In this document: piece after piece, positions 1 to 9,421 of the stretch
Position numbering within the stretch: the first letter of the stretch is position 1
How the letters are laid out: each line of letters starts with the position of its first letter
Source of the DNA: Vitreimonas sp.
GTDB lineage: Bacteria; Patescibacteriota; Microgenomatia; UBA1400; PJMF01
Assembly (NCBI GenBank): GCA_035627515.1
Contig: DASPLQ010000012.1
Coordinates: 1,276,309 to 1,340,308 of the forward strand
Direction: 5' to 3'
DNA length: 64,000 nucleotides
The notes under the pieces: model-generated
The model's database searches: none
Told to the model about the DNA's origin: nothing
The model's input: the letters and a program-made list of their open reading frames with translations, nothing else
Position numbers and translations under genes: made by a program

Positions 1-192
1 GTTTTATACGTCAACTCGGGGGTCAGTGGCATCAGTAGCTTGATTGCAGACTGATAAATTTTATTTAAGATAACGGCAGACATGAGTTTTCAGGTATACT
101 ACGTGCAGTAAGTTGTAAAATAAGTGGCAATCAATAATACACCTCGCATATTCTAATATGCTTTTGTAAGAAATTAATAAGAAAACTGTCAT

Positions 193-1281
193 ATGAAACA
201 AGACCAATCCTTACTGACCTTTTTAGCTTACAAGGCTGCGGGCATTGTCGTGGGCTTTTTTACTTGGGTAGCGTGTCTGTTTATACTCCTGATTCTCCTG
301 GGCTCATTAGCTGGCTCGACTGATTCCAGTGACGTTGTCGAAAATGAATTGGCTTACCACAGTGGAGATCGTGATAGCAGCAACAAAATTTTATCCATCC
401 CTATCAATGGCCTCATCCTTGGTGATAAAGACGAACTGGAAGGTCTAGGAGGGTTGTTTTCAGACCTGGGTGTCTCATATGGGTACGAAATTAAAGAACA
501 ACTTTATGAAGCCGCAGAAAATGATGACATCAAAGGTGTGATTTTAGAAATTAATTCTCCCGGAGGCACCATTTATGGCTCTCAAGCTATCAGTGATGGT
601 GTGAAGTATTATCGTGACCAAACTAAAAAACCAGTGATTAGCTTTATTAATGGTCTAGCAGCCTCAGGCGGCTACTGGGCAGCGGCGGCTGGAGACTCGA
701 TTGTGGCAGATTATGGCACCAGTATTGGCAGCATTGGCGTCATTACTGGTCCGTTTAAATATTACAACGGCGTCACCAGTGAAAATGCCGGCATACTCGG
801 TGGGGGAGTAGTCACACAACAAGGTATTGAAACCTTTTACATCACGGCCGGTGAACATAAAGACTTAGGTAATCCGTATCGAAAAATGAGTGAAACTGAA
901 GTCCGCAATTTGCAGCAGGCCGTCAACAATGAATATGAAGGTTTTGTAACTCACGTGGCTTCTCATCGTAAAATAGAAGCCAATCACATCAAAAACACTA
1001 TTAAAGCTTTGATTTATGACCCTAGTTCTGCGCTGCAACTGAAATTAATTGATCAAGTAGCTAACCGTGAAACAGCGTATGAACACGTCGCTAAAGGCGC
1101 TCATTTACCTGAGGGCCGCTATCAAGTTGTCCGCGAAGAGAGTCCAGCAGATTTTGTCGAAACCATCTTAAAATCTCAATTGTTGAGCTTCAGCGCTTCC
1201 CATCAACGTCAGCAAATCTGTAGCGTAAGCTCACAGATTTTGGCGTATCACGGTAACGTTGTTGATCTCTGCTCACCTTAA
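193..1281 (+). CDS. sppA: Signal peptide peptidase SppA (S49 family, ClpP/crotonase fold)
   Basis: The S49 family motifs VILEINSPGGT and FINGLAASGGYWAAAAGD are present, after an N-terminal transmembrane helix. Confidence 0.85.
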   Translation: MKQDQSLLTFLAYKAAGIVVGFFTWVACLFILLILLGSLAGSTDSSDVVENELAYHSGDRDSSNKILSIPINGLILGDKDELEGLGGLFSDLGVSYGYEIKEQLYEAAENDDIKGVILEINSPGGTIYGSQAISDGVKYYRDQTKKPVISFINGLAASGGYWAAAAGDSIVADYGTSIGSIGVITGPFKYYNGVTSENAGILGGGVVTQQGIETFYITAGEHKDLGNPYRKMSETEVRNLQQAVNNEYEGFVTHVASHRKIEANHIKNTIKALIYDPSSALQLKLIDQVANRETAYEHVAKGAHLPEGRYQVVREESPADFVETILKSQLLSFSASHQRQQICSVSSQILAYHGNVVDLCSP

Positions 1282-1375
1282 AAAAGTTAGTTTTACCACG
1301 TAAAACCGGCTTTTTCTTATGGAATTGTGATGAAATCATGATGCTTCTCCGGTAGGGATTTGGGAAACTAATACT

Positions 1376-1744
1376 ATGGAACAACACCTCAAATTTGCTC
1401 GGTCTCTAGCTAAACTGCTTGATAATAGTTTTGAAATTGGCGGTATTAAAATTGGCCTTGATGCCGTGTTAGGCTTTTTTCCTATCGGAGGTGATGTAAT
1501 CGGTGTGATGCTCTCCGCTTATTTTATTTGGATCGCCCAAAAAATGAAGTTGCCCCAGCATGTCATTGGCAAAATGGTCATGAACAGTATGGTTGATTTT
1601 ATGGTCGGGGCAATTCCTTTAGTAGGTGATGTCGGTGATATTTTTTTCAAGTCCAACTTGCGCAACTTAGAACTGCTCGAAAAATACGCCGCCCTTCAAA
1701 AGCATAAGGCACCCACGGTCGTCGATGCTGAAGTGCTAGAATAG
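1376..1744 (+). CDS. DUF4112 family small membrane protein
   Basis: It is 122 aa with two hydrophobic segments and a G-rich loop pattern (FPIGGDVIGV, IPLVGDVGDIFFKSN) that I recall as typical of DUF4112. Confidence 0.45.
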   Translation: MEQHLKFARSLAKLLDNSFEIGGIKIGLDAVLGFFPIGGDVIGVMLSAYFIWIAQKMKLPQHVIGKMVMNSMVDFMVGAIPLVGDVGDIFFKSNLRNLELLEKYAALQKHKAPTVVDAEVLE

Positions 1745-1748
1745 CGGC

Positions 1749-2846
1749 ATGAAGTTTCAGTTTTGGCTAATAGGAATAGCCGGTCTTATCGTTGTTCTGG
1801 GCTTACTTAGTGTGAGCTGGCGCTTTTATGACTCTCAACCTATTCCTTTAGACTTTTCAGCTTTGGCACCAGTTGCTTCTCTAACCCCCATTGTCCCTGA
1901 GACCTTTGCTCCCCAGCCACCTTCATTAGCTCAGTTACTTGATAATGACGTTACTTGGACTACTACCTTAAGCGCTGAGCGGGTCACCACCTTACTCACC
2001 ACTGGTGACGTCCTGACCGCCCGCTCAGTCAACGCCCGTACGGTGCGCGACCAAGACTTTACATGGCCCTTTGTCAAAACGGCTGACAAACTTCAGCAAG
2101 CAGATATCACCTACATCAACCTAGAAACACCACTTGTTTCAGCTTGTCCGGTAACCGTCACTGGGATGATTTTCTGTGGTGATTTTCGTAATATTGAGGG
2201 CTTGTTGTTTGCCGGTGTAGATGTGGTCAACTTAGCTAATAATCATGCTGGCAATCATGATGCAGAAGGCGTGGAGGAAACCGTAGCTGAACTAGAAAAA
2301 AATAATCTATTGGTCAGTGGCGTTCACGGGCCAGTTTATCTTACTAAAGAGGGCCGCACCTTTGCTTTCCTTGGGTATAACGAAGTTGACATTCAACCAG
2401 GTATTAACCTAGCCAAAGATGAGTTGATTCAACAAGAAATCAAAGCCGCACGCCAACAAGCTGACATAGTAATCGTTCAATTCCACTGGGGTATAGAGTA
2501 TACCCATCAACCCAGCTCCAATCAAAAACGGTTGGCACGGCTTGCCATTGATGAGGGTGCTGACATTATCATTGGCAATCATCCACACTGGTTCCAACCA
2601 GTAGAGTTTTATAAAGGTAAACTAATTACCTATAGTCACGGGAACTTTGTGTTTGATCAAATGTGGTCAGAAGAAACACGGACGGGAATTGTCGGTAAGT
2701 ACCACTTTTATGATCACCACTTAATCGACGCTGAGTTTTTGCCAGTTTATATTGAAGAGTATGGTCAGCCACGATGGTTAGAAGGCTCCCATAAAGAAGC
2801 CGTCTTAGATAAATTACGACAGGAAAGTCAGCGGCTTAGCGATTAG
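1749..2846 (+). CDS. CapA family protein (poly-gamma-glutamate synthesis / metallophosphatase-like)
   Basis: It has an N-terminal TM helix, then GDVLTARSVN, NLANNHAGNHD and SHGNFVFDQ, which are characteristic of the PGA_cap/CapA family. Confidence 0.75.
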   Translation: MKFQFWLIGIAGLIVVLGLLSVSWRFYDSQPIPLDFSALAPVASLTPIVPETFAPQPPSLAQLLDNDVTWTTTLSAERVTTLLTTGDVLTARSVNARTVRDQDFTWPFVKTADKLQQADITYINLETPLVSACPVTVTGMIFCGDFRNIEGLLFAGVDVVNLANNHAGNHDAEGVEETVAELEKNNLLVSGVHGPVYLTKEGRTFAFLGYNEVDIQPGINLAKDELIQQEIKAARQQADIVIVQFHWGIEYTHQPSSNQKRLARLAIDEGADIIIGNHPHWFQPVEFYKGKLITYSHGNFVFDQMWSEETRTGIVGKYHFYDHHLIDAEFLPVYIEEYGQPRWLEGSHKEAVLDKLRQESQRLSD

Positions 2847-4662
2847 CAACTTTTAAATCGCGCTTGCGTAAGCGCATGCTCTCGGGCGTAACCTCTAAGA
2901 GCTCATCAGGGGCCAAAAAGGTTAGCATTTGTTCGAGTGACATTTTAACTGGTGGCGTCATCCGGACAGTAGCATCAGCTGAAGCCGCACGCATGTTAGT
3001 TAATTTTTTACCGCGCGTCACATTCATCACTAAATCTTCTTTTTTAGCATTTTGACCTACAATCATACCGGCATACACTTCGGTACCCGGATCAACAAAG
3101 GTCATGCCGCGCTCTTGAGCTTTTTGGAGACCATAGGCTAAAGCTGGGCCCGTTTCGGCTGCAATGATCACTCCTTCGCGTAACCAAGGAATGTCTTCAC
3201 CCTTGGGTTTGTAGCCCAGTGGCAACGAATGGACAATGCCCATGCCTGATGTTTTGGTTTGAAAATCGCTGCGGAAGCCGATTAGGTGACGCGTAGCGAT
3301 TTCATATTCCATACGCGTACCAGTCTTTTGTGGTTTCATCCCTTTAAAGACTGCTTTGCGTTGACCCATCTCGGTGGTCACCACCCCCACATATTGCTCA
3401 GGAACTTCAATCGTAATTAATTCCCAAGGTTCTTGAGTGACACCATCCACGGTTTTGAAAATAACTTCCGGGCGTGACACAGAAAACTCATAGCCTTCAC
3501 GACGCATAGTCTCGATTAAGATGGAGAGATGCAGCTCGCCACGGCCAGATACAATAAACCCATCAGCTGTGGCACCTGGGGCAACGCGCAAACCGACATT
3601 AGTTTCAAGTTCTTTGGTGAGGCGTTCTAAAATTTGACGAGAAGTAGAAAATTGACCCTCGCGACCCACAAAAGGGGAGTTAGAGACCGAAAACTGCATT
3701 TGGACTGTGGGCTCAGAAATTGATAAAGCACCTAAACCCTCTTCCTTACCTAAGGTGGTTAAAGTATCGCCAATATGAGCTTGAAAGCCAGTTAAAGCAA
3801 TAATGTCACCGACACTCGCTTCAGCCACTTCTTCTTTACCTAAACCTTTATAGGTAAACAAGTACTCCACTTTAGATTGACCGACTTTAGCATCATCACG
3901 CACGATCGAGAGTACCTCGCCTTTTTTGACTTTACCACGCCGAATACGACCAATCACGTATTTACCTTTATAGTCATCGGCATCTAAGCTGGTGATTTGC
4001 ATTTGGAAACCACCCTCAATAGCGCCAGCGGGGGCGGGAATCTTATCGATAATGGTCGTAAAAAGCGGCTTCAAAGTCTCACTGTCAGTGATCCGCAACG
4101 CATGATCGGGAGTTGGCTCGGTAGTGAAACCGGCCACACCTTCGCGACCCACGGCATAAATAACCGGGAAATCGAGCTGGGACTCATCGTTGACGACGTC
4201 TAAAAATAAATCATTAATTTCTTCTAATACTTCAGTCACGCGTTGGTCTTTACGATCAACTTTATTAATCACCACAATTGGTTTTAAACCTTGCTCGATA
4301 GCTAGGCGCAACACATAACGTGTTTGAGATAACACACCTTCAGAGGCGTCAACTAAGAGCAAACAACCGTCAGCCATATTCAACACGCGTTCGACCTCAC
4401 CACTAAAATCGGCGTGACCAGGAGTATCCAAAATATTAATTTTGTACTCACCCCAAATCACAGCGGTGTTTTTAGCCAAGATCGTCACGCCACGTTCGCG
4501 CTCTAAATCATTCATGTCCAAAATGGTGGTTTGTTGCATCTCACTTTGATGAGCCGCAAAAACGTTGGCTTGCTTGAGTAGACCATCGACTAAGGTAGTC
4601 TTACCGTGGTCCACGTGAGCAATGATAGCGATATTACGAAGGTTATTTTGAGAAAAAGGCAT
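2836..4662 (-). CDS. typA: Translational GTPase TypA/BipA
   Basis: The G1-G4 GTPase motifs are present (AIIAHVDHGKTT, DTPGH, NKVD) and the protein matches the BipA architecture over its full 608 aa. Confidence 0.95.
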   Translation of the reverse strand: MPFSQNNLRNIAIIAHVDHGKTTLVDGLLKQANVFAAHQSEMQQTTILDMNDLERERGVTILAKNTAVIWGEYKINILDTPGHADFSGEVERVLNMADGCLLLVDASEGVLSQTRYVLRLAIEQGLKPIVVINKVDRKDQRVTEVLEEINDLFLDVVNDESQLDFPVIYAVGREGVAGFTTEPTPDHALRITDSETLKPLFTTIIDKIPAPAGAIEGGFQMQITSLDADDYKGKYVIGRIRRGKVKKGEVLSIVRDDAKVGQSKVEYLFTYKGLGKEEVAEASVGDIIALTGFQAHIGDTLTTLGKEEGLGALSISEPTVQMQFSVSNSPFVGREGQFSTSRQILERLTKELETNVGLRVAPGATADGFIVSGRGELHLSILIETMRREGYEFSVSRPEVIFKTVDGVTQEPWELITIEVPEQYVGVVTTEMGQRKAVFKGMKPQKTGTRMEYEIATRHLIGFRSDFQTKTSGMGIVHSLPLGYKPKGEDIPWLREGVIIAAETGPALAYGLQKAQERGMTFVDPGTEVYAGMIVGQNAKKEDLVMNVTRGKKLTNMRAASADATVRMTPPVKMSLEQMLTFLAPDELLEVTPESMRLRKRDLKVANR

Positions 4663-4725
4663 TCGGTTATTGTACCAGATTTCGGCGCACTACGGTTGAG
4701 TAAAGAATTAAAGAGTAAAGTAACT

Positions 4726-4752
4726 GAGTAATTCAGTAATTAAGTAACTAAG
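4726..4752 (+). repeat. Short intergenic repeat copy A (GAGTAATTCAGTAATTAAGTAACTAAG), upstream of the four-helix-bundle gene
   Basis: It contains the 13-mer AGTAATTAAGTAA at 4735-4747. It is preceded by degenerate AGTAA-type units at 4700-4730. Confidence 0.7.
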
Positions 4753-4761
4753 AAGGAGAAT

Positions 4762-5142
4762 ATGATCAATCATTTTACTAACTTAAGAATTTGGAAAAGC
4801 TCTCATAGTTTAGCTTTAGAAATTTATTATTTATGCGACAAACTGCCTATAAAAGAAAAGTTCACTTTAGAGAGTCAATTAAAAAGAGCTGTTAACTCAG
4901 TCAGTGCTAATATTGCTGAAAGTTTCGGCCGTAAACATACTAAAGACCGTATTAGGTTCTTGTATACATCGAGAGGATCAGCATACGAAGTGCAAAATCA
5001 CCTCCTACTAATTCACAGTCTCAAATATTGCAATGATGGTGAAGTAAAAGACTTAATTCTCAAATATCAAGGCCTGACCAAAGGAATCAACACTTTGATC
5101 AAGAGTCTTCTTAACCAGAATCTTGAATGTAAAGATATTTAA
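4762..5142 (+). CDS. Four-helix-bundle protein (23S rRNA intervening-sequence protein family, TIGR02436-like)
   Basis: At 126 aa its overall pattern (NLRIW..S..LA..IY.L...LP..EKF.L.SQL.RA..SV.ANIAE..GR....D...FL..S.GS..E....L) matches the S23p/IVS four-helix-bundle family. A canonical AAGGAG RBS lies 8 nt upstream. Confidence 0.75.
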   Translation: MINHFTNLRIWKSSHSLALEIYYLCDKLPIKEKFTLESQLKRAVNSVSANIAESFGRKHTKDRIRFLYTSRGSAYEVQNHLLLIHSLKYCNDGEVKDLILKYQGLTKGINTLIKSLLNQNLECKDI

Positions 5143-5151
5143 AATTTATAA

Positions 5152-5166
5152 ATTACTTAATTACTC
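5152..5166 (-). repeat. Short intergenic repeat copy B (inverted relative to copy A), downstream of the four-helix-bundle gene
   Basis: TTACTTAATTACT at 5153-5165 is the exact reverse complement of the 13-mer in copy A. Confidence 0.7.
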
Positions 5167-5171
5167 ATCCT

Positions 5172-5834
5172 ATGAAAATCAGTGATCTACCCACTCATTC
5201 ACGTCCCCGAGAAAAGCTAATCGAAAAAGGCATTACCGGTTTGACCTCGGCTGAAGTCTTCGCGTTAATTCTCCGTACGGGTTACCATGGCAAAAGTGCC
5301 GTCGAAGTCGCTCAACGCATTTTACGGACCTATACGTTGGAACAATTGAGTAAATTAAGCCTCACCGAACTCTCAGAAATTAAGGGGATTGGACCTTCGA
5401 GAGCATCCAACTTAATGGCGGCCTTCGAAATTGGGCGGTTGATTATCAATTATGATCATCAGGTCAGAATCAGTGCTCCTAAAGATATTTATCAGCTCTG
5501 TCAAAACTTACTTGCTAAGAAACAAGAGCATTTGGTGGCTTTTTACTTGGATGCCCGCAGCCAGTTGATTGCTCAAGAGACATTAACTGTCGGTACACTT
5601 ACAAGTGGTATCGTCCACTCCCGTGAAGTGTTTGCACCGGCTTTGCGTCACCGAGCGGCGTGCATTATTTTGGCTCACAATCATCCTTCACAAGACACAG
5701 AGCCGTCTTTAGATGACATTCAAGCCACTGAAAAGCTCATTGATGCCGGTGATTTACTCGACATCCCCATCATTGACCACGTCATCGTCAGTCGCCGCGG
5801 CTGGACCAGCCTCAGAGAGCAAAAGTTGATTTAA
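5172..5834 (+). CDS. radC: RadC-like JAB-domain protein (UPF0758)
   Basis: An N-terminal HhH-like segment is followed by the JAB/MPN motif HNHPS...D. Confidence 0.85.
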   Translation: MKISDLPTHSRPREKLIEKGITGLTSAEVFALILRTGYHGKSAVEVAQRILRTYTLEQLSKLSLTELSEIKGIGPSRASNLMAAFEIGRLIINYDHQVRISAPKDIYQLCQNLLAKKQEHLVAFYLDARSQLIAQETLTVGTLTSGIVHSREVFAPALRHRAACIILAHNHPSQDTEPSLDDIQATEKLIDAGDLLDIPIIDHVIVSRRGWTSLREQKLI

Positions 5835-5954
5835 AGTAGAGCGAGAAGTACACGCTAAGGAGCTCTTATTTAAGATGACCCAAATTGGCACCAAAACAGC
5901 ACCATTTAGTGCTTAAAATGTGCAGTGGGAAGTTTCACCATCCACAGAGATATC

Positions 5955-6419
5955 TTAGCCTGTGTTACGAATTTTCAATACAACATAGTAGTGGTACTGT
6001 AATTCTTCAGGAACCACTAACTCACCTTCATCAGTTACCCAGTCCGTGGTAATTTCTCCAACGATTTCATTACTAAAGGTTATGGCCAATCTTTTAAGCG
6101 AGGCTTTAAGTAACAACAATCTGCTTTCACTCTCTAGATTAAATTCATCTTTGGGACATAGGGCTTGTTTAAGGATGTCTACTTCCAACCCCAGTGATCT
6201 TGATAAGTCTTGCAATTTTTGTTCCATATGGGCATCAATCAGCGTTTCAGCAGCTTGTTCTTCTCTTGCTTGCTGTTGAGCAACAAACGCTCGTTGTTCA
6301 GCCAATTGGCGTTGTAGTTGAACCGGGGTAAGACGTTGGTTCAAATATGCACTGGCCATTCTAGCTTGAATATCTGCTTCAATACTTGGTTCGCTTTCTG
6401 ATCCTATTAATCTACCCAT
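5955..6419 (-). CDS. Hypothetical protein, acidic and coiled-coil rich
   Basis: This is a 154-aa ORF with no recognisable motif and a central Q/E/A-rich helical region. Confidence 0.35.
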   Translation of the reverse strand: MGRLIGSESEPSIEADIQARMASAYLNQRLTPVQLQRQLAEQRAFVAQQQAREEQAAETLIDAHMEQKLQDLSRSLGLEVDILKQALCPKDEFNLESESRLLLLKASLKRLAITFSNEIVGEITTDWVTDEGELVVPEELQYHYYVVLKIRNTG

Positions 6420-6581
6420 ATCCTTTTCCTCCTCCCAAATTTTTAATCCTTTTTTAATATGTCTTCAACAATTGACTTACTCGGGTGAAAGTTCTAGTCT
6501 TAATAAGTTGTCTCCAGTTTGTACCCAAATAAAACACAAATATCTACTTTTCTGCGGCGCCCAAATGACTATAATTGAGAC

Positions 6582-7877
6582 ATGCCCGCACCCACCATCA
6601 TTTGCCCCCACTGTCAAAAACCTATCTCAGTCGATGAAGCACTTAGCCATCAAATTAGCGCTAAACTCGAGGAACAATACCAAGCCCAGTTAGCCAAAAA
6701 AGACGAAGAGCTGACCAAAAGTAAGCAAGCTACTGCTGCTCAGCTCGCTAAAGTCCAAGCTGAAGCCGAAGCCAAGCTCATCACTCAACTCGCCGCTGAA
6801 AAACAAGCCGCCGAGCAAGCCTTCAAAAAGCAACTCGAGACTGAACTCAAAAAAACTCAGGAACAAGCCAAGAGTGAGGCTACTGAATCTGTCTCGAAAG
6901 AATTAACGCTCCTCAAACAGCAACTTGATGATCGCAATAAAAAACTTGATGAAGCTCGCCAACTCGAGCTTGATCTGCGCAAACAAAAGAATCAACTTGA
7001 AGACGACAAAAAAGCCTTCGAACTCGAAAAACAACGCCAACTCGATATGGAACGCGCCAAAATTAAAGAAGAAGCCGAGAAAAAAGCGGTTGAGATTCAA
7101 GAATTAAAGATGTTGGAAATGCAAAAACAACTCAATGACGCCCTTAAAGCCAATGAAGATATGCGCCGTAAACTTCAACAAGGTTCGCAACAAACCCAAG
7201 GTGAAGTCTTAGAGCTGGAGTTGGAAAACTTACTGCGCACCGAGTTTCCGATGGATGAAATTCAACCGGTAGCCAAAGGGGTCCGGGGCGCTGACGTTCT
7301 ACAAATTGTCAAAGACCGGCAGGGTAAAGTCTGCGGTAGTATTTTATGGGAGCTCAAAAATGCTCAGTGGTCAGATAAATGGATTGATAAACTTCGCGAA
7401 GACCAACGCAATAGCAAAGCTGATTTAGCCGTGTTAGTGTCCATTAATGTTCCCCCGGCAATGAAAGATAAATCATTCATTTATCAAAAAGGCATCTGGA
7501 TTGCCACGCGGCCGATTTGTACAGCATTGGCCCAAGCTTTACGTCTGCAGCTTAATCAAGTTCACACTACTAAATTATCTGCAGTGGGCAAAAATGAAAA
7601 AATGGAAGTCTTGTACCAATACTTAACCGGCACAGAGTTCAAGCAACGCGTCGAAGCTATTGTTGATGCCTTCAGTAATATGCAACAAGATTTGGAAAAA
7701 GAAAAACGTTGGTTCCAAACTAAGTGGAAACGCCAAGAGATGAATATTCGCCAAGTCCTTGACAGCACCTTTGGCATGTATGGTGATATGCAAGGCATCA
7801 TGGGCGCTTCATTACCTGAAATCAAACAACTCCAACTCGAAAGTGGGGAAGATAACCAACAACTCAGCTTTACTTAA
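6582..7877 (+). CDS. DUF2130-like protein: N-terminal zinc ribbon, long coiled coil, C-terminal PD-(D/E)xK nuclease-like domain
   Basis: A CPHC-x17 zinc-ribbon-like start is followed by about 200 aa of K/E/Q-rich heptad coiled coil. The C-terminus carries GADVLQIV...ILWELK, consistent with a D...ExK restriction-endonuclease-fold core. Confidence 0.5.
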   Translation: MPAPTIICPHCQKPISVDEALSHQISAKLEEQYQAQLAKKDEELTKSKQATAAQLAKVQAEAEAKLITQLAAEKQAAEQAFKKQLETELKKTQEQAKSEATESVSKELTLLKQQLDDRNKKLDEARQLELDLRKQKNQLEDDKKAFELEKQRQLDMERAKIKEEAEKKAVEIQELKMLEMQKQLNDALKANEDMRRKLQQGSQQTQGEVLELELENLLRTEFPMDEIQPVAKGVRGADVLQIVKDRQGKVCGSILWELKNAQWSDKWIDKLREDQRNSKADLAVLVSINVPPAMKDKSFIYQKGIWIATRPICTALAQALRLQLNQVHTTKLSAVGKNEKMEVLYQYLTGTEFKQRVEAIVDAFSNMQQDLEKEKRWFQTKWKRQEMNIRQVLDSTFGMYGDMQGIMGASLPEIKQLQLESGEDNQQLSFT

Positions 7878-7887
7878 AGCGGCTTGT

Positions 7888-8316
7888 TTAGCGCATCATT
7901 CCAATCACTACTGCCATAGCTAATAGCTGAGCCACCTGGTAACCCGTACTTAAGAAAAACAAACTCCATGATTTGTTTTCGTAAATGACTTGGGTGATTT
8001 GAGTAGGAACGATAAACCCTAACCAAGCTAAGAAGGCAAACATAGCTGTGGGTCGTACGCCGCCCATCAAAAAGGTTTGCGAAAACCAGACTAAAATTAA
8101 GGCTTGTAAAAGAGTAGCGGCAAAACTACTGCCCATAATTCCAGCCATGCCGCGGGCTTTGGCTTTAGCCATATCCTTAGCAGTAACTTTCATTAACTTC
8201 ATCCACATGTTCCCAAACAACACAGGTGAGTACCACACCATGCCAACTGTAAAACTGGCGAGAGCTGCTACAAATGCCATCACTAAACTATATGTTTCAA
8301 ACATACATTCTCCCAT
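7888..8316 (-). CDS. DUF1761-like membrane protein
   Basis: It has four hydrophobic helices. The ORF extends upstream to 8430, where it would overlap epmA by 53 nt, so the internal Met at 8316 or 8304 is the more likely start. Confidence 0.45.
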   Translation of the reverse strand: MGECMFETYSLVMAFVAALASFTVGMVWYSPVLFGNMWMKLMKVTAKDMAKAKARGMAGIMGSSFAATLLQALILVWFSQTFLMGGVRPTAMFAFLAWLGFIVPTQITQVIYENKSWSLFFLSTGYQVAQLLAMAVVIGMMR

Positions 8317-8377
8317 AGTTATATCTGAGTAATTATTTGGTAAATCAAGATTTACTGCAAGATGCGGAAAATATGTA

Positions 8378-9421
8378 TTAAAGTGAGGTGAGTGCGGCGA
8401 GTTGATTCTGAATACTAAATGGCTCGACATCGGATAAATTATTCACTCCAGCCATCATCATCGCAATCCGGTCAATTCCCATCCCTATCCCAGCATATGA
8501 TGTGCCACGCTCACGCATCAAGCGTAAGGCAGTGAGAAAACTTTGATCATAGGGATGTGTAGCTAACCCTTGTTTTTGCCGAGCTTGAGCCTCATTTTCG
8601 AAACTAGTTTGAATAGCTTCTACATCCAAGTTTTCATTGTTACCGTTGGCAATTTCAATACCATTGATAAAAGCCTCGAAACGCTCAGCCAAATAAGGTT
8701 TGGCAGCATTTACTTTGCAGAGGGGAGAGAGACGACGAGGAAAATCTACCAAAAAGAAAGGCTGAGTAGGTAAGTAAGGCTCTACTTCATTTAAGAAAAG
8801 TTGGTCAAAAAGTTGACTCCAGGTGGCATTCTCTACATGATAACCTCGTTGCTGCATTAGCGTTTGGAGCGACTCATCTTCTAAAATACTTTTCATATCA
8901 AGGTGTGCATGTTGAGAAAACAACTGCTCCATAGATAGGACCGGCCATTTTTTTTCGAAATCAATGATGGTTTCTTCCAGTAATAAAGTCAGCTGAGAAT
9001 CATCTTGTATATACTCAGCCACCCGGAGCTTCACAAATCGCAACAACTCTTCCACATCTGCCATGATGTCTGTATACACAGCATCCTCACGGTACCACTC
9101 CAGCATTAAAAACTCGGGATTGTGTCGCGAACCGGCCCCTTCCATATTCCTAAAACACTTACCAATCGCATAACAATTACCACTACCTTGGGCTAACATT
9201 TTTTTGAGGCCGCTTTCCGGTGAGGTTGATAAATAAAATGTTCGCTCTTCACCGAGTGGCTTCCAAGTGGAAGAAAATGAAAAGATATTGGGTTCTAAAG
9301 GAATTGCTACATTGAAAGTGGGCGTAATCACTTCGTGGAACTGTCGTTGATCAAAAAAAGTGCGGATGGCCTTAATGACTACTTCACGAATAAAAACTGG
9401 TTGTAAATTTGGCTTAGACAT
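8378..9421 (-). CDS. epmA: EF-P lysine lysyltransferase EpmA (PoxA/GenX, truncated class II LysRS paralogue)
   Basis: The class II aaRS motifs FRNMEGAGSRHNPEFLMLEWYR and GIGMGIDRIAMMMAG are present, but the N-terminal anticodon-binding domain is missing. At 347 aa it is the EpmA size. Confidence 0.75.
   Translation of the reverse strand: MSKPNLQPVFIREVVIKAIRTFFDQRQFHEVITPTFNVAIPLEPNIFSFSSTWKPLGEERTFYLSTSPESGLKKMLAQGSGNCYAIGKCFRNMEGAGSRHNPEFLMLEWYREDAVYTDIMADVEELLRFVKLRVAEYIQDDSQLTLLLEETIIDFEKKWPVLSMEQLFSQHAHLDMKSILEDESLQTLMQQRGYHVENATWSQLFDQLFLNEVEPYLPTQPFFLVDFPRRLSPLCKVNAAKPYLAERFEAFINGIEIANGNNENLDVEAIQTSFENEAQARQKQGLATHPYDQSFLTALRLMRERGTSYAGIGMGIDRIAMMMAGVNNLSDVEPFSIQNQLAALTSL

Noticed and set aside
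664-858. Small antisense and overlapping ORFs from the six-frame track (664..858-, 2409..2597-, 2864..3055+, 3997..4203+, 6046..6279+, 6903..7107 both strands, 7562..7825-, 8048..8332+, 8570..8773+, 9890..10087+, 11732..12040+, 12347..12541-, 13503..13715+, 13952..14152+, 14820..15023+, 15607..15825+, 15875..16126+, 21146..21397+, 22306..22512+, 23771..23977+, 24360..24605-, 26916..27128+, 28179..28484, 28915..29346+, 28986..29210-, 29874..30125-, 32637..32819+, 33225..33678, 34414..34629-, 34756..34950-, 35154..35390-, 35526..35810+, 36668..37052, 39039..39290+, 39716..39943+, 42810..43034+, 43156..43359-, 44000..44269+, 45599..45907-, 46238..46438-, 50328..50588+, 51231..51572+, 51944..52126+, 52569..53411+, 55019..55246+, 56652..56843-, 57144..57368-, 59261..59467-, 62154..62564, 62886..63165)
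   Set aside because: Each lies wholly inside, or antisense to, a longer ORF with clear family-level similarity. Most have low-complexity translations, and none has its own upstream start or RBS context. They are treated as frame shadows.
1190-1387. A 65-aa minus-strand ORF between sppA and the DUF4112 gene
   Set aside because: It overlaps the sppA 3' end antisense and then spans the short intergenic spacer. It has no RBS and a basic low-complexity translation, so it is probably spurious.
6472-6693. A 73-aa plus-strand ORF upstream of and overlapping the DUF2130 gene start
   Set aside because: It overlaps the much better-supported 6582 start, which has a zinc-ribbon N-terminus, in a different frame. 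It was discarded.
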